Counted from the stretch's first letter, positions 9,602-20,174 are shown. The stretch: DNA of 64,000 bases from Candidatus Eiseniibacteriota bacterium (GCA_030628905.1 DAOVQB010000002.1:839-64838), one strand, 5' to 3'. A program made the numbers and translations. The notes: generated by a model not told the origin, from the letters alone.

Positions 9602-10702
9602 ATGAAAAACAGCAAGAATCCCAATCCCCACCCGGAGCATGCCCTTGCGGGTCAAGGGAATCAGGATAAACAGACCGGACGGATCCTCGCCCGCACTCAA
9701 CAGTACTTCGCCATCTCCTTGCAGAACCTGAGGATAGATGCAATCACCGGCTTCGACCTATATATCTGGATGCCCCGGAGCGAAAAACATGTCCTTTATC
9801 GAAAGGGCGATCTGGTATTCAGCGAGGATCAGAAAGCAAGGCTTCAGCGGAGCAAAGTGGCTAACCTCTATGTCGCCGCACAGGATCGCAATCAATACAC
9901 GCGGTATCTAGAGGGCAATCTGACAGAAATCATCCACAACCCAGACCTGCCAAAGGAAGAAGGGTCGGACATCGTATATGCGTGCGCCTCACGCCTGGTC
10001 GAGGAAATCTTCGAGGACCCCGAGTCTGACGAGAACATGCTCCGCGCACAGGCAATGGTTCACAACACCGTTGATCACCTCCTCTATGATCAAGAGAACC
10101 TGACGAACATGCTCTCCCTAATGTCGGACGACTACGAGCTATACACCCATTCTGTGAACGTTTGCGTCATCGGCCTTGCCTTGGGGCAAACGCTGGGCCT
10201 CAGCACACCGGAACTCAGGGAACTCGGCACCGGCTTGCTGATGCATGACATCGGCAAGGTGCAAATCGACCGCCGGATTCTCGATAAACCCGAACCCCTT
10301 ACCGACGAGGAGATGCAGATCTACAGAACCCATCCTGAGCGAGGAGCTGCGATTCTAAAGCAAAGCCACCGCCTCGCGCATTCCTCACTTGCGGTTATCC
10401 TGCAGCACCACGAGACTTGTGCGGGCACGGGCTATCCCTACGGATTGGAAGCCTCAGAGATCCACCAATACGCCAAGATCGCCGGCCTGGCCAATATCTT
10501 CGATGGGCTGACGACAGACAAGCCAGCACGAAGGGCCTGCGCCTCGTTCCCTGCCTTGCGCAATATACGCAGGGAGATGCCGACAGACATTGACGCCGTT
10601 TTCCTGCGTCAACTGATCAGAATCCTGGCTGGTGTGAAGCGCGGAGAGTCGAAATCCCTCCCACCGTGGAAGGGATCTGCGAAGAGGAAACTTGCCGCGT
10701 GA
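9602..10702 (+). CDS. HD-GYP domain phosphodiesterase (c-di-GMP signalling). The ORF is open from 9299 and the start is uncertain.
   Basis: HSVNVCVIGLALG...HDIGK...HHETCAGTGYPYGL (HD and GYP motifs). Confidence 0.8.
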   Translation: MKNSKNPNPHPEHALAGQGNQDKQTGRILARTQQYFAISLQNLRIDAITGFDLYIWMPRSEKHVLYRKGDLVFSEDQKARLQRSKVANLYVAAQDRNQYTRYLEGNLTEIIHNPDLPKEEGSDIVYACASRLVEEIFEDPESDENMLRAQAMVHNTVDHLLYDQENLTNMLSLMSDDYELYTHSVNVCVIGLALGQTLGLSTPELRELGTGLLMHDIGKVQIDRRILDKPEPLTDEEMQIYRTHPERGAAILKQSHRLAHSSLAVILQHHETCAGTGYPYGLEASEIHQYAKIAGLANIFDGLTTDKPARRACASFPALRNIRREMPTDIDAVFLRQLIRILAGVKRGESKSLPPWKGSAKRKLAA

Positions 10703-10725
10703 CATCTCTTTCCTGCATTCCGGAA

Positions 10726-12036
10726 TCAATCCCTCGATCGAGCGCGTCTGCTTGGCAGCAATGCGATGAGTGGTAATCCCAAAAAGGAGATGACGGCACT
10801 GGCAACGAAGGCAAGCCTCAAACCAAAGAGGTCCCCAAGACAACCCAGCACGACAACGACCACCGAGCGAATACCGAAACTGAGTGACATATAGGTGCCG
10901 TTGGCCAGCGCCCGGTTCTCGGGAAAGCTCTCCTGAACCATCGCCATGATGGCCGGGGACACCGAGAGCGCGGCGAAGCCCATCAATAACAGCAGCGGGA
11001 GCCGGAGCCAGCCATCGGCAGCCAAGAAGGCGAGCATAAGGCACGGCGTGACCAACGTCGAGACGAAGAGGATCCAGCGGCGCCCCAGGCGGTCACTGAC
11101 GGTGCCACCCAACAGCGCTCCGACCATACCCGCCCCCTCGAGAACCGACAGCGAAGCCCCTGCAAACCAGAGACTGGCGCCTTCCTCACACATGAAAATC
11201 GGCAGGTATGTCGTCAGCGCCGAGGTCATGAACGACCGGGTGATGATAATGCCTGTCAGCGGAAGGAGTAGGGGGCGCATCGTCCTCAAGGCCCCACGCC
11301 AAGGCAGTCCGCCCTCAGAGTCCGGGGCCCGGCCCGGCACCTCCTTGAGCCGGACGTAGAGGACGCTGGAGGCCGCTAGCCCTCCAATCATGAGAAAGGG
11401 TGTACTTTTGAGGGTCATTAGTCCAATCGCACTAACGATCACGATCGGCCCCACTGTGCGACCCAATTCACCGCCCACCATCCAGAACCCCATCGCACGG
11501 CCGAGGCTGCTCCCCGAGACACGCCCCGCCATCACCGGCCCTACCGCATGCAAGCTAGCCGAACTCACCCCGGCCACGACCAGGAGCAATACCAACACAG
11601 CGTAGTTCGGAGCGAGGCCCAGGAAACTCATTGCCATGGCCGTTACCGCAGGTGCCAAGATGACGAAGTAGCGCAGACTCACGCGGTCAGCCAGGTGACC
11701 GATGAAAGGCTGAAGCAAGGATGGTGCCTGCAGGAACACCGTCAACAAGCCCGCCTCGGCTTTGCAGAGGGCCAGCCTCTCAATGAATGCAGGCAAGAGG
11801 GGCGCCAGGAAGGCCGTATACACATCGTGCACCGCGTGTCCGGCACTGATGATGCTCACGCGACCTGTGTGGAATCGCCCGTAGTCGGTATTTGAATTCA
11901 ACCTCACCCCATGGAACTGTCCGCTACTCCTGGTTTGGCCGGCCTCGCGCCTGGCGGGGAGAGGATCGCAGATGGGCGCCCGCAGGGGAATCCCAGATCC
12001 TCCGGGAATGTCGCGCGGAATGCCTGTGAGGCGCAT
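10726..12036 (-). CDS. MFS transporter
   Basis: Twelve-TM-like hydrophobic profile. GHLADRVSLRY motif in loop 2-3. Confidence 0.8.
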   Translation of the reverse strand: MRLTGIPRDIPGGSGIPLRAPICDPLPARREAGQTRSSGQFHGVRLNSNTDYGRFHTGRVSIISAGHAVHDVYTAFLAPLLPAFIERLALCKAEAGLLTVFLQAPSLLQPFIGHLADRVSLRYFVILAPAVTAMAMSFLGLAPNYAVLVLLLVVAGVSSASLHAVGPVMAGRVSGSSLGRAMGFWMVGGELGRTVGPIVIVSAIGLMTLKSTPFLMIGGLAASSVLYVRLKEVPGRAPDSEGGLPWRGALRTMRPLLLPLTGIIITRSFMTSALTTYLPIFMCEEGASLWFAGASLSVLEGAGMVGALLGGTVSDRLGRRWILFVSTLVTPCLMLAFLAADGWLRLPLLLLMGFAALSVSPAIMAMVQESFPENRALANGTYMSLSFGIRSVVVVVLGCLGDLFGLRLAFVASAVISFLGLPLIALLPSRRARSRD

Positions 12037-12074
12037 GCCGTGGGACGAATACCATGAGGCGAATGCCGTGGGGA
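12018..12074. repeat. Four imperfect ~14-bp tandem repeats (GAATGCCGTGGGRC-like) in the MFS / hcn-like divergent promoter region
   Basis: gaatgcctgtgagg / catgccgtgggacg / gaataccatgaggc / gaatgccgtgggga. Confidence 0.6.
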
Positions 12075-12150
12075 TTGCCTGGAAGAGCTGGCCGGGTGTA
12101 GGCTATGTGGCTCGAGCGCGCCAAATCAATAGGCGGAGGGCTGACCCAGC

Positions 12151-14235
12151 GTGTCACCTGCGGATGCGAGAGGACGGATCACAAGGCACCCCATCATCAT
12201 CCCCCCAGAGGGGAGGCGCGTGGAATTCACCTTCAATGGCCACGTGATGGAGGGTCGTGAAGGAGAAGTTCTTTCATCCGCCCTCTTTGCTAACGGTATT
12301 CACATATTCGGCCACCATCACAAGGACGGCGGGGCCCAAGGAATCTACTGCGCAAATGGTCAGTGTTCACAGTGCGCCTTGATCATCGACGGAGTCCCCC
12401 TGAAGAGCTGTATCGTCCCTCTCAAGGAAGGGATGGAGCTCCATAGCGTTGAGGGATTGCCGGAGCTTCTCGAAACCGATCCGCCCGACGTGAACGCTCC
12501 TGAGATCCACGAAACGGATGTGCTTATCGTGGGTGCAGGCCCGGCTGGGATGGCCGCCGCAGTAGAACTTGGTCGCACGGGGCTCAAAGTGATCCTTGTT
12601 GATGACAAGGACAGGCTGGGCGGGAAGCTCGTCCTCCAAACACACAAGTTCTTTGGATCCGTGGCAGATTGCCATGCTGGAACCAGGGGCATAGAAATCG
12701 CCCGCCTCCTGTCGGAACAGATTGCGGCGCTTGCTTCCATAGATGTCTGGCTGGAAGGCATTGTCCTGGCGGTATTCAGCGACCGTACTGTGGGCATCCG
12801 GCTCCCAGAGGGTTACAGGATCGTGAAGCCCAAGTATCTCCTGGTATCAGCCGGGGCCAGAGAGAAGTTCCTCTCCTTTCCGGGGAACGACCTCCCCGGG
12901 GTCTATGGCGCAGGTGCATTCCAGACGCTGGTGAACCGCGACCTCGTACGCTGCGCAGAACGCATATTTATCATTGGAGGAGGAAACGTCGGGCTGATTG
13001 CCGCCTACCACGCCCTGCAGGCAGACATGACAATTATCGGGATCGCCGAGGCTTTACCCGTTTGCAGTGGGTACCTTGTTCACGCCGACAAGATCAAGCG
13101 CTTTGGCGTGCCTATCTATACCAAGCACACGGTCCTGACCGCTCATGGTGGTGAACATGTAGAAGCGGTCACGATCGCGCAAGTAGATGATTCCTTCCGC
13201 GCAATCATGGGCACCGAGATGACCTTCAGGATCGATACCCTCCTCGTCGCCGTGGGGCTGGACCCCGTAAATGAGTTCTATCTCAAGGCGAAGGAATACG
13301 GCATGCACGCAGTTCTGGCCGGCGATGCGGAGGAAATTGCCGAGGCCAGTGCGGCCATGTTCTCCGGCAGGATCCGGGGGCTAGAGATCGCGAGGGCATT
13401 GAATGCCAGTACGCAGGAAGTTAAGGACGATTGGAAGGAAAAGGCCGAGATCCTCAAGAGTCCTGGTGGCAAAGTTCACCCCTATAGGGTTCCAGAACGA
13501 ACGGAAGGCGTGTACCCCATTCTCCACTGCAACCAGGAGATCCCCTGCAATCCTTGTATGACCGTCTGCCCCAAGGGCCTCATCTGCACCGACGGCCATC
13601 CGATCCTCGGCCTGCCAAAGTTCGATGGCGTTTGTGTGGGCTGTGAAAAGTGCGTCAGCATTTGCCCTGGTCTCGCCGTTACTCTAGTGGATTGGCGCAA
13701 ATCAAAGGACACGCCGACAGTTACGGTCCCCTTTGAATTTGGCGAATGGATACTATCAGTCGGGCAAGAGGTCACCGTCACCAATCGGGAAGGAAAGCCA
13801 CTCGGCACTGCAGTGCTCCGCGAGATAAAAAAGCCCCCAGGAACTCCGCGCACACTGTTGTTAAAGCTCGAAACCCCGGCCGACATCGCCAATCGAATTG
13901 TCGGCGTTAGAATACAAGATCCTGCAAAGCTGCACGCAGAAGCAGAGGCCTGGAGCGTCTGCACACCAGACGACGCTATTGTATGCAGATGTGAAAGGGT
14001 CACCGCTGGCGAGATCCGCGATCACCTGAGAAACGGCTTGCGTGATCTCAATGAACTCAAGGCTCTGACGCGCGCTGGCTTCGGTGCGTGCGGAGGGAAA
14101 ACCTGCAAGGCGCTAATCGTACGGATCTGCCGCGAGGAGGGCATCCCGGAGGGAGAAATCACCCCGTTTACCGAAAGGCCGCTTTTCGCCGAAACGAGAC
14201 TTGGCTACTTCTCCGGGAGAAAGCAGGTAGAGTGA
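12151..14235 (+). CDS. Fused HcnA/HcnB-like (OoxA / opine-oxidase / proline-dehydrogenase alpha-like) FAD and Fe-S oxidoreductase
   Basis: GTG start after a GGAGGG Shine-Dalgarno. N-terminal 2Fe-2S domain (FTFNGH...CANGQCSQCA). VLIVGAGPAGMAAAVEL pyridine-nucleotide-disulfide fold. 4Fe-4S ferredoxin Cys motifs. C-terminal BFD-like 2Fe-2S domain (CRCERVTAGEIRD...GACGGKTC). Confidence 0.8.
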   Translation: MSPADARGRITRHPIIIPPEGRRVEFTFNGHVMEGREGEVLSSALFANGIHIFGHHHKDGGAQGIYCANGQCSQCALIIDGVPLKSCIVPLKEGMELHSVEGLPELLETDPPDVNAPEIHETDVLIVGAGPAGMAAAVELGRTGLKVILVDDKDRLGGKLVLQTHKFFGSVADCHAGTRGIEIARLLSEQIAALASIDVWLEGIVLAVFSDRTVGIRLPEGYRIVKPKYLLVSAGAREKFLSFPGNDLPGVYGAGAFQTLVNRDLVRCAERIFIIGGGNVGLIAAYHALQADMTIIGIAEALPVCSGYLVHADKIKRFGVPIYTKHTVLTAHGGEHVEAVTIAQVDDSFRAIMGTEMTFRIDTLLVAVGLDPVNEFYLKAKEYGMHAVLAGDAEEIAEASAAMFSGRIRGLEIARALNASTQEVKDDWKEKAEILKSPGGKVHPYRVPERTEGVYPILHCNQEIPCNPCMTVCPKGLICTDGHPILGLPKFDGVCVGCEKCVSICPGLAVTLVDWRKSKDTPTVTVPFEFGEWILSVGQEVTVTNREGKPLGTAVLREIKKPPGTPRTLLLKLETPADIANRIVGVRIQDPAKLHAEAEAWSVCTPDDAIVCRCERVTAGEIRDHLRNGLRDLNELKALTRAGFGACGGKTCKALIVRICREEGIPEGEITPFTERPLFAETRLGYFSGRKQVE

Positions 14236-15383
14236 AGCGATCATACGACGTCATTGTTATCGGGGCGGGCAGTGTTGGAACGCCCCTATCAATGAGCCTT
14301 GCCGAGCACAAGATCTCGGTCCTTTGTATCGACAGCAACTCATCAGCGGGGCAGGGGAATAACAAGTGCGCTATTGGTGGCATCCGCGCAACGCACAGCG
14401 AACCAGCCAAAGTTTCACTCTGTCTGCATTCCATTGAAACGTTTCGAACCTGGAAGGACTGTTACGGTGATGACATTGGCTGGTTCCAAGGCGGTTACAC
14501 ATATGTTGCCTACGATGAGGGGGTCGCGTCTCTGCTGAAAGGCATGATCCCCAAGCAGCAGGCACGCGGCCTGAACATCCGCTGGCTGGGCCCCGATGAG
14601 TTGAAGGGCATCGTGCCGGGAATCAATCCCCACGGGCTCCTCGGCGGAACCTATTCACCTGAAGACGGCAGCGCCAACCCGATGGAGAGCAATTACGCCA
14701 TCTGTAGGCGAGCAAGGCGCCTCGGTGCAGATTTCCTTTTCCGCGAGCGGGTCACGGGGCTAAACATCACTGGCAATCGAATTGCCGGTGTAAGAACCGA
14801 CCGGGGTGAATTTGCCTGCGGTGCGGTCGTCAATTGCGCCGGCTCGCTCGCCAAGGAAGTCGGAGCCCTCGCCGGAGTGGATTTGCCAGTGGAGCCTGAC
14901 TGCCACGAGGCGGGGATCACGGAGCCCGTGCAGCGCTTCTTCAACCCGATGGTGGTTGACCTACGGCAATCCCCGGCTTCCGCAAACTATTACTTCTTTC
15001 AGTACGACACCGGCCAGATCGTCTTCTGCCTAACGCCCGAGCCCCCTATCCTCGGTTACTCAACGCAAGAGACGTCCTCATTTCTCCCGTTGATTGCCTC
15101 TAGAATGGTTGACCTCTATCCGCGATTGGCCAACTTGAAGGTCAGGCGGACCTGGCGCGGTAACTACCCTCAGACGCCAGACGGTTCACCAATTCTGGAT
15201 AATGTGGGACCAGAGAACCACTATATCGCCGTCGGCATGTGTGGTCAGGGATTCATGCTTGGGCCCGGCGTGGGCGATCTGCTGGCACGCATGATTGCCG
15301 GAAGACTCACCAATGATGATGCGGCCATCGCCCGCGCGCTCCGGTTAGAGAGGCCCTTCAGTTCCAAGGAAGCATTAAAATAG
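14232..15383 (+). CDS. FAD-dependent oxidoreductase (DadA / SoxB / HcnC family)
   Basis: GTG at 14232 overlaps the upstream TGA (GTGA junction). YDVIVIGAGSVG Rossmann motif. Confidence 0.8.
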   Translation: MKRSYDVIVIGAGSVGTPLSMSLAEHKISVLCIDSNSSAGQGNNKCAIGGIRATHSEPAKVSLCLHSIETFRTWKDCYGDDIGWFQGGYTYVAYDEGVASLLKGMIPKQQARGLNIRWLGPDELKGIVPGINPHGLLGGTYSPEDGSANPMESNYAICRRARRLGADFLFRERVTGLNITGNRIAGVRTDRGEFACGAVVNCAGSLAKEVGALAGVDLPVEPDCHEAGITEPVQRFFNPMVVDLRQSPASANYYFFQYDTGQIVFCLTPEPPILGYSTQETSSFLPLIASRMVDLYPRLANLKVRRTWRGNYPQTPDGSPILDNVGPENHYIAVGMCGQGFMLGPGVGDLLARMIAGRLTNDDAAIARALRLERPFSSKEALK

Positions 15384-15422
15384 GATGGATGTGGAACTCA
15401 ACTCGCCACTCCCGAAGTTGCT

Positions 15423-16523
15423 GTGAAAAGTAAGGGTTCAGTCCTCTTCTTACCGAAGGGTGACGAGAGATTCGGCAGTTCGCGCTACCGCTGCTATCAG
15501 GTCGTCCCGAAACTCCGGGCCATGCGGTGGGATGTCTCCTTCGGCTACATCTGCAGAACCAAAGTTTTCCGGGGGAAACTGCGGTTCATCCCAGATCTGA
15601 TTCGCACAATTGCTCTCATCGTGATGAAAAGGATCGACTTGGTTTACTTTCAGCGTTCAGACCATCGGAGACCCCGGGAAACCGGATTCGTCTTTCGGCT
15701 CTGCAGATGGTTTGGAATCAGGACCGTATTTGATGTGGATGACGAAATAGACTGGACGACCAGCCACTGCGCTCGTGTCTTGCTCGAAGGCGCCGATGCT
15801 GTAATTGTCGCATCTCATGCGTTGCTGGAGGACGCGAAACTGAGGAATTCCAGCGTCTACCTACTGCATACACCATTCGATGAAACCATCTATGCTCACT
15901 TGCAGAAGAGTCCTCGTAAAGGCGTCGTCAACTGCGGATTCGTCGGTGATGGCTTTGCCTACTTGGGGGGACTACGGGAAGTCCTGCGTTCTCTGGACAG
16001 CCTAGATGCGGCACACAAGCGGAGCATTCATTTCACGTATCTAGGCAGCAACGCGGATCGAATCAGATCAATGCTGGCCGATACGTTGCGCGGCGTTGAC
16101 TGTTCCATCATCGGCGCATTTGACTGGTCAAACGAAGCAAGGCTTGCCGAAGTTCTAACAGATTGGGATATTGGTCTTGTACCAAGACGTACGGGGGCAA
16201 AGGGGGGATCCTTCAAAGCCATTCAGTACCTGGCCCTCGGCGTAGTCCCAATTGCCTGCAGCGAGGGCGAGAATCTATTCATTATAGGTCACGGCGTCAA
16301 CGGTTTCGTGGTGAACAAGCCAGACGAGTGGAGCAGCTTCGTTGAGGAATTGATGGATAATCCAAGCCGTCAGATCAAGTTGGCCGCTCAGGGCCGATCG
16401 GATGCACAGCAGTATTCCCTCGGGAACTACTGCGCATCGTTGGATGCCATTCTGCAGGGAATCATATGTGGCCCATTAGCTTCCGCGCGTCTTGAACGTG
16501 TCCTGGACCGTCGCGCTGACTAG
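15423..16523 (+). CDS. Glycosyltransferase (GT-B fold, GT4-like)
   Basis: GTG start. The C-terminal motif ...IACSEGENLFIIGHGVNGFVV... is typical of the GT1/GT4 C-domain. Confidence 0.55.
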   Translation: MKSKGSVLFLPKGDERFGSSRYRCYQVVPKLRAMRWDVSFGYICRTKVFRGKLRFIPDLIRTIALIVMKRIDLVYFQRSDHRRPRETGFVFRLCRWFGIRTVFDVDDEIDWTTSHCARVLLEGADAVIVASHALLEDAKLRNSSVYLLHTPFDETIYAHLQKSPRKGVVNCGFVGDGFAYLGGLREVLRSLDSLDAAHKRSIHFTYLGSNADRIRSMLADTLRGVDCSIIGAFDWSNEARLAEVLTDWDIGLVPRRTGAKGGSFKAIQYLALGVVPIACSEGENLFIIGHGVNGFVVNKPDEWSSFVEELMDNPSRQIKLAAQGRSDAQQYSLGNYCASLDAILQGIICGPLASARLERVLDRRAD

Positions 16524-18512
16524 TTCCTCGTCCGCTATGAATGGTAAGGTAATGTGGTCACCTTGATCCAGCAGGTTGTATTCCATACTGGTAGTGATCG
16601 AGTTCTCGTTCCGGCCCCAGGCGCGGCGAGCTACACCCCCCATGACATCCCACGCCATTGCAGTTCGGATGGTTTCATCCTTCTCCGCCGTGCCGTCCAG
16701 CACCAAGCCAAAGCCCCCATTGATTGCCTTGCCGATCCCGACGCCACCCCCGTTGTGCAATGCACAAAGGCTCATGCCGCGGGCGGCATTGCCGGCAAAA
16801 CACTGCGTCGCCATGTCAGCCATGATGTTGCTACCATCCTTGATGTTTGCGGTCTCCCGGAATGGCGAATCCGTGCCCCCTGTGTCGTGGTGGTCGCGCC
16901 CAAGCATGATCGGGCCAACTTCGCCATTACGCACCATCTCATTGAACCGCAAAGCGATCTTCATCCGTCCTTGGGCATCCTGATACAGTATGCGCGCGGG
17001 CATGCCGACCACGAGCCTATTCTTCTCCGCATCCCTGATCCAGACCCAGTTGTCCCGGTCCTGGGCCCGGTGATTGGGATCAATGCATTCCATGGCTGCA
17101 TGGTCCGTCTTAGTCAGATCCTCGTGCTGGCCGCTCAGGCAGAGCCATCGGAAAGGCCCATACCCGTAGTCGAAGAGAATAGGCCCCATGATGTCTTCGA
17201 CGTAGGAGGGGAAGATAAATCCATCCCTGGCATCAATGCCGTTCTTGCTGATCTCCTTAACACCAGCATCAAGAACGGCCTTCATGAATGAGTTCCCATA
17301 GTCGAAGAAGTAGGTGCCCCGATCAACAAGGGCCTTGATGAGTTCGTAGTGCCGCTTCAGGCTCGCATCCACAAGCGCTCTAAACCGCCTTGTGTCTGTC
17401 GTGAGCAACTCTGTGCGCTCCTCAAAGGTCAACCCCTGTGGACAGTAACCTCCATCGTAGGCCGCGTGGCAGGATGTCTGGTCTGTGAGAAGATGCACAT
17501 TGATCTTCTCGGAGACGATGTATTCCAGAAGGTCCACAATGTTCCCATGATAGGCAATGGAGACCGGCTCCTTCCTCTGTAGATACTCATTTGCGATCTC
17601 GACAACTTCCTTCAGACTGGACGACACCCTCGCCACCCATCCCTGTCCATGTCGCGTCGCGATGCGGGATTGGTCCACCTCCGCAATGATGCCTACACCC
17701 CCTGCGATTTCCACCGCTTTGGGCTGAGCGCCGCTCATACCACCCAGCCCAGAGGAAACGAAGAGATAGCCGCGCAGGTCATCGTTCTTTCCGATACCGT
17801 AGCGCAGGCGGCCGGCATTGAGCAGCGTATTGAAGGTCCCGTGCACGATTCCCTGTGGCCCGATATACATCCAGCCACCGGCGGTCATCTGTCCATAATT
17901 GGCGACCCCCATCTGCATAGCGTGGTGCCAGTCCTCCTGCGTATCAAACATGCCCACCATGAGTCCGTTGGTCAGGATGACACGCGGGCTGTGACCATGT
18001 GATCGGAATAGACCAACCGGGTGCCCCGATTCGACAACAAGCGTTTGGTTCTCCGTCAGTTCTTCCAGATATCTCTTGAGTAGGCGGTACTGCATCCAGT
18101 TCTGGCAAACCTGTCCTGTTTCTCCGTAGGTCACCAGTTCGTATGGATACAGAGCCACATCAGAGTGCAGGTTGTTGTCGATCATCACTTGAAAGGCCCT
18201 GCCCTCAATACAGTTGCCCCTATAGTCGTCGATCGCTTTGCGCTCGATGCCGCCCGCCGGACGGAAGCGATAGCCATAGATCCGCCCACGTGTAGTGAGT
18301 TCTTCCATGAACTCGGGGGCCAGCTGGCGATGGAGCTCCTCGGGAACATAACGCAATGCATTTTTGAGTGCTGTTTCTGCATGCGTCCTCGAGAGCGTGA
18401 ACCCGCGGTCAGGGGCACGACGGATCCCCGGAACGAAGTCCGGCATGCCCGGCAGTTCTTCCTCAAGCCTGATTGTCATGGCGCTGGCGATTTCCGCATT
18501 CCCAATCATCAC
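16476..18512 (-). CDS. hutU: Urocanate hydratase (urocanase)
   Basis: 678 aa. GLGGMSGAQPKA NAD-binding motif. Urocanase-like throughout. A 48-bp convergent overlap with the glycosyltransferase gene. Confidence 0.9.
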   Translation of the reverse strand: MMIGNAEIASAMTIRLEEELPGMPDFVPGIRRAPDRGFTLSRTHAETALKNALRYVPEELHRQLAPEFMEELTTRGRIYGYRFRPAGGIERKAIDDYRGNCIEGRAFQVMIDNNLHSDVALYPYELVTYGETGQVCQNWMQYRLLKRYLEELTENQTLVVESGHPVGLFRSHGHSPRVILTNGLMVGMFDTQEDWHHAMQMGVANYGQMTAGGWMYIGPQGIVHGTFNTLLNAGRLRYGIGKNDDLRGYLFVSSGLGGMSGAQPKAVEIAGGVGIIAEVDQSRIATRHGQGWVARVSSSLKEVVEIANEYLQRKEPVSIAYHGNIVDLLEYIVSEKINVHLLTDQTSCHAAYDGGYCPQGLTFEERTELLTTDTRRFRALVDASLKRHYELIKALVDRGTYFFDYGNSFMKAVLDAGVKEISKNGIDARDGFIFPSYVEDIMGPILFDYGYGPFRWLCLSGQHEDLTKTDHAAMECIDPNHRAQDRDNWVWIRDAEKNRLVVGMPARILYQDAQGRMKIALRFNEMVRNGEVGPIMLGRDHHDTGGTDSPFRETANIKDGSNIMADMATQCFAGNAARGMSLCALHNGGGVGIGKAINGGFGLVLDGTAEKDETIRTAMAWDVMGGVARRAWGRNENSITTSMEYNLLDQGDHITLPFIADEELVSATVQDTFKTRGS

Positions 18513-19825
18513 TGAGACTCCCTGTTGTGGCTGCCTTCTGGGATTTCCAGCCGATCCTTGTGAACCATGCCGGCCAGCATCTTGAGCCTTATGTAATCTC
18601 CGTCATAGAAGTAGTACCCCTTAAACTTCCCCAGGCGCGAACTGCGATTGCTATCCTTGACGAGGAACCAATCGCGACCATTATGTCGCAGGAACCCAAC
18701 TGCATGTACGCCGTGATCATCCCCTGTGATTCCGTACTCGATCCGGTACTCGCGACTGGACTGATCGATATATTCTGGAGGGATGTCCCAAGTTGGGATG
18801 ACCGCTGCATCCTCCATTCCGTCCAGGCCGGGCTCACTGACATCCCCGCAAATGGACACGGTATATCCGCTTGTGACCGCACTTTTGATCACGCTGTAGA
18901 AGTCATCCAACGGCAGATTCAGATAATCCTCCAAGCGGCGCCAGTTGTCGTGTACATCAAACAGGATCCACTCCCCGAATGGCTCTTTGATCGTCGAAAC
19001 GATGTTCACATAGTCGTCCATGTTCAGTTTGAGCACCGATGAGAGGAACGATCTGGGCGTATATGTGTGCCCCTCGAACTGGAACTCCTCGGGTGGTGCG
19101 CCCATGTGATCGTCGAGAACAGAGCGTACATAGGTAACCACCTTCTGCTCGTTCCAGTAGTTGTTCTCTTTGATCCAGTGCAGGTAGCTGCGAAACTCAG
19201 CGGATAGCGGATTATGATCAAAGCGTTCGTCGTCCTTCAAGATTCCCGGGTAAGCCTCGGTAGGCACGGCGCCGTACTGACGGTAGATCTCTCGCGTGGC
19301 GTGATCCTGTGAACCTTGGCTGAGATTGGAGTGCCCATACTCCCGCACAAAACGACGGGCCTTCTCGACATACTCCCAGTAGACTGTCCACATCTCGGAC
19401 AGTTTAATCTTGCGCCCGGTTACCCGATAGACCTCCGACTCAAAGAAGGAGGTCGAGCAAAAGGCCCAACAAGTTCCCGAGGAGTATTGTGGCACAGGTG
19501 GGAAGTGGAAGGCAGCGTCGAAGGCGTCCGGGTTCGCCGGCTTATCGATGGCCGACCAATCCAGGCGCAAGCTCTGGCGTTCCACTCTTTCCCGTTCAGA
19601 TTCATCCTCGTAGCGCTGATCCACCAGTCGCTGCAACGAATCCCTCTCGACTTGAAGGGCCTCCCGCGCATTCTCGATCTCATCCAGCACCGGATACTCA
19701 TAGGCTGGCTTGTAGACGGGCTGACTGGGTGTCCCGGCCCAAGCCATCCCCGGGCCGACAGGGAGATTGATGCCGACGACGGCGATCAACCCGATCGCCA
19801 CGAAATGTGCCCGCCCTTCCATCAT
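18509..19825 (-). CDS. Papain-like (C1 family, aminopeptidase-C-like) cysteine peptidase, secreted
   Basis: GTCWAFCSTSFFESE Cys active-site motif. The internal start MMEGRAHFVAIGLIAVVGINL is signal-peptide-like. An ATGA overlap with the hutU start suggests co-transcription. Confidence 0.75.
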   Translation of the reverse strand: MMEGRAHFVAIGLIAVVGINLPVGPGMAWAGTPSQPVYKPAYEYPVLDEIENAREALQVERDSLQRLVDQRYEDESERERVERQSLRLDWSAIDKPANPDAFDAAFHFPPVPQYSSGTCWAFCSTSFFESEVYRVTGRKIKLSEMWTVYWEYVEKARRFVREYGHSNLSQGSQDHATREIYRQYGAVPTEAYPGILKDDERFDHNPLSAEFRSYLHWIKENNYWNEQKVVTYVRSVLDDHMGAPPEEFQFEGHTYTPRSFLSSVLKLNMDDYVNIVSTIKEPFGEWILFDVHDNWRRLEDYLNLPLDDFYSVIKSAVTSGYTVSICGDVSEPGLDGMEDAAVIPTWDIPPEYIDQSSREYRIEYGITGDDHGVHAVGFLRHNGRDWFLVKDSNRSSRLGKFKGYYFYDGDYIRLKMLAGMVHKDRLEIPEGSHNRESQ

Positions 19826-20174
19826 GTGCCACTTTCCAGCGCCGGGCGCTGTCACATGGTTCGGGCGGCCAACTAGCAAGGTGGCCGGAGTACCTGTCAA
19901 CGCCCGCTTGGATCGCCCGGCGAAAACCGGATGTCCTCACCTGACCCAGGAAACGACCTCGTACAACATCAACCCGGGGGACATTACCACAGCGGCAGCA
20001 CCCCCTCCACACCAAGAGCAGAGCGCACAACGATAGAACAGCTCTCGCATCCGCTTGATTAACTTGCAGCCATTGGATACTTTATGGCCTAGCGTGATCC
20101 CGAACAGTACGCAGCCGTACTCGAGATCAACTGATGACTCATGCGGCTGCGGATACTAACCCGGCTTTGAGGAA

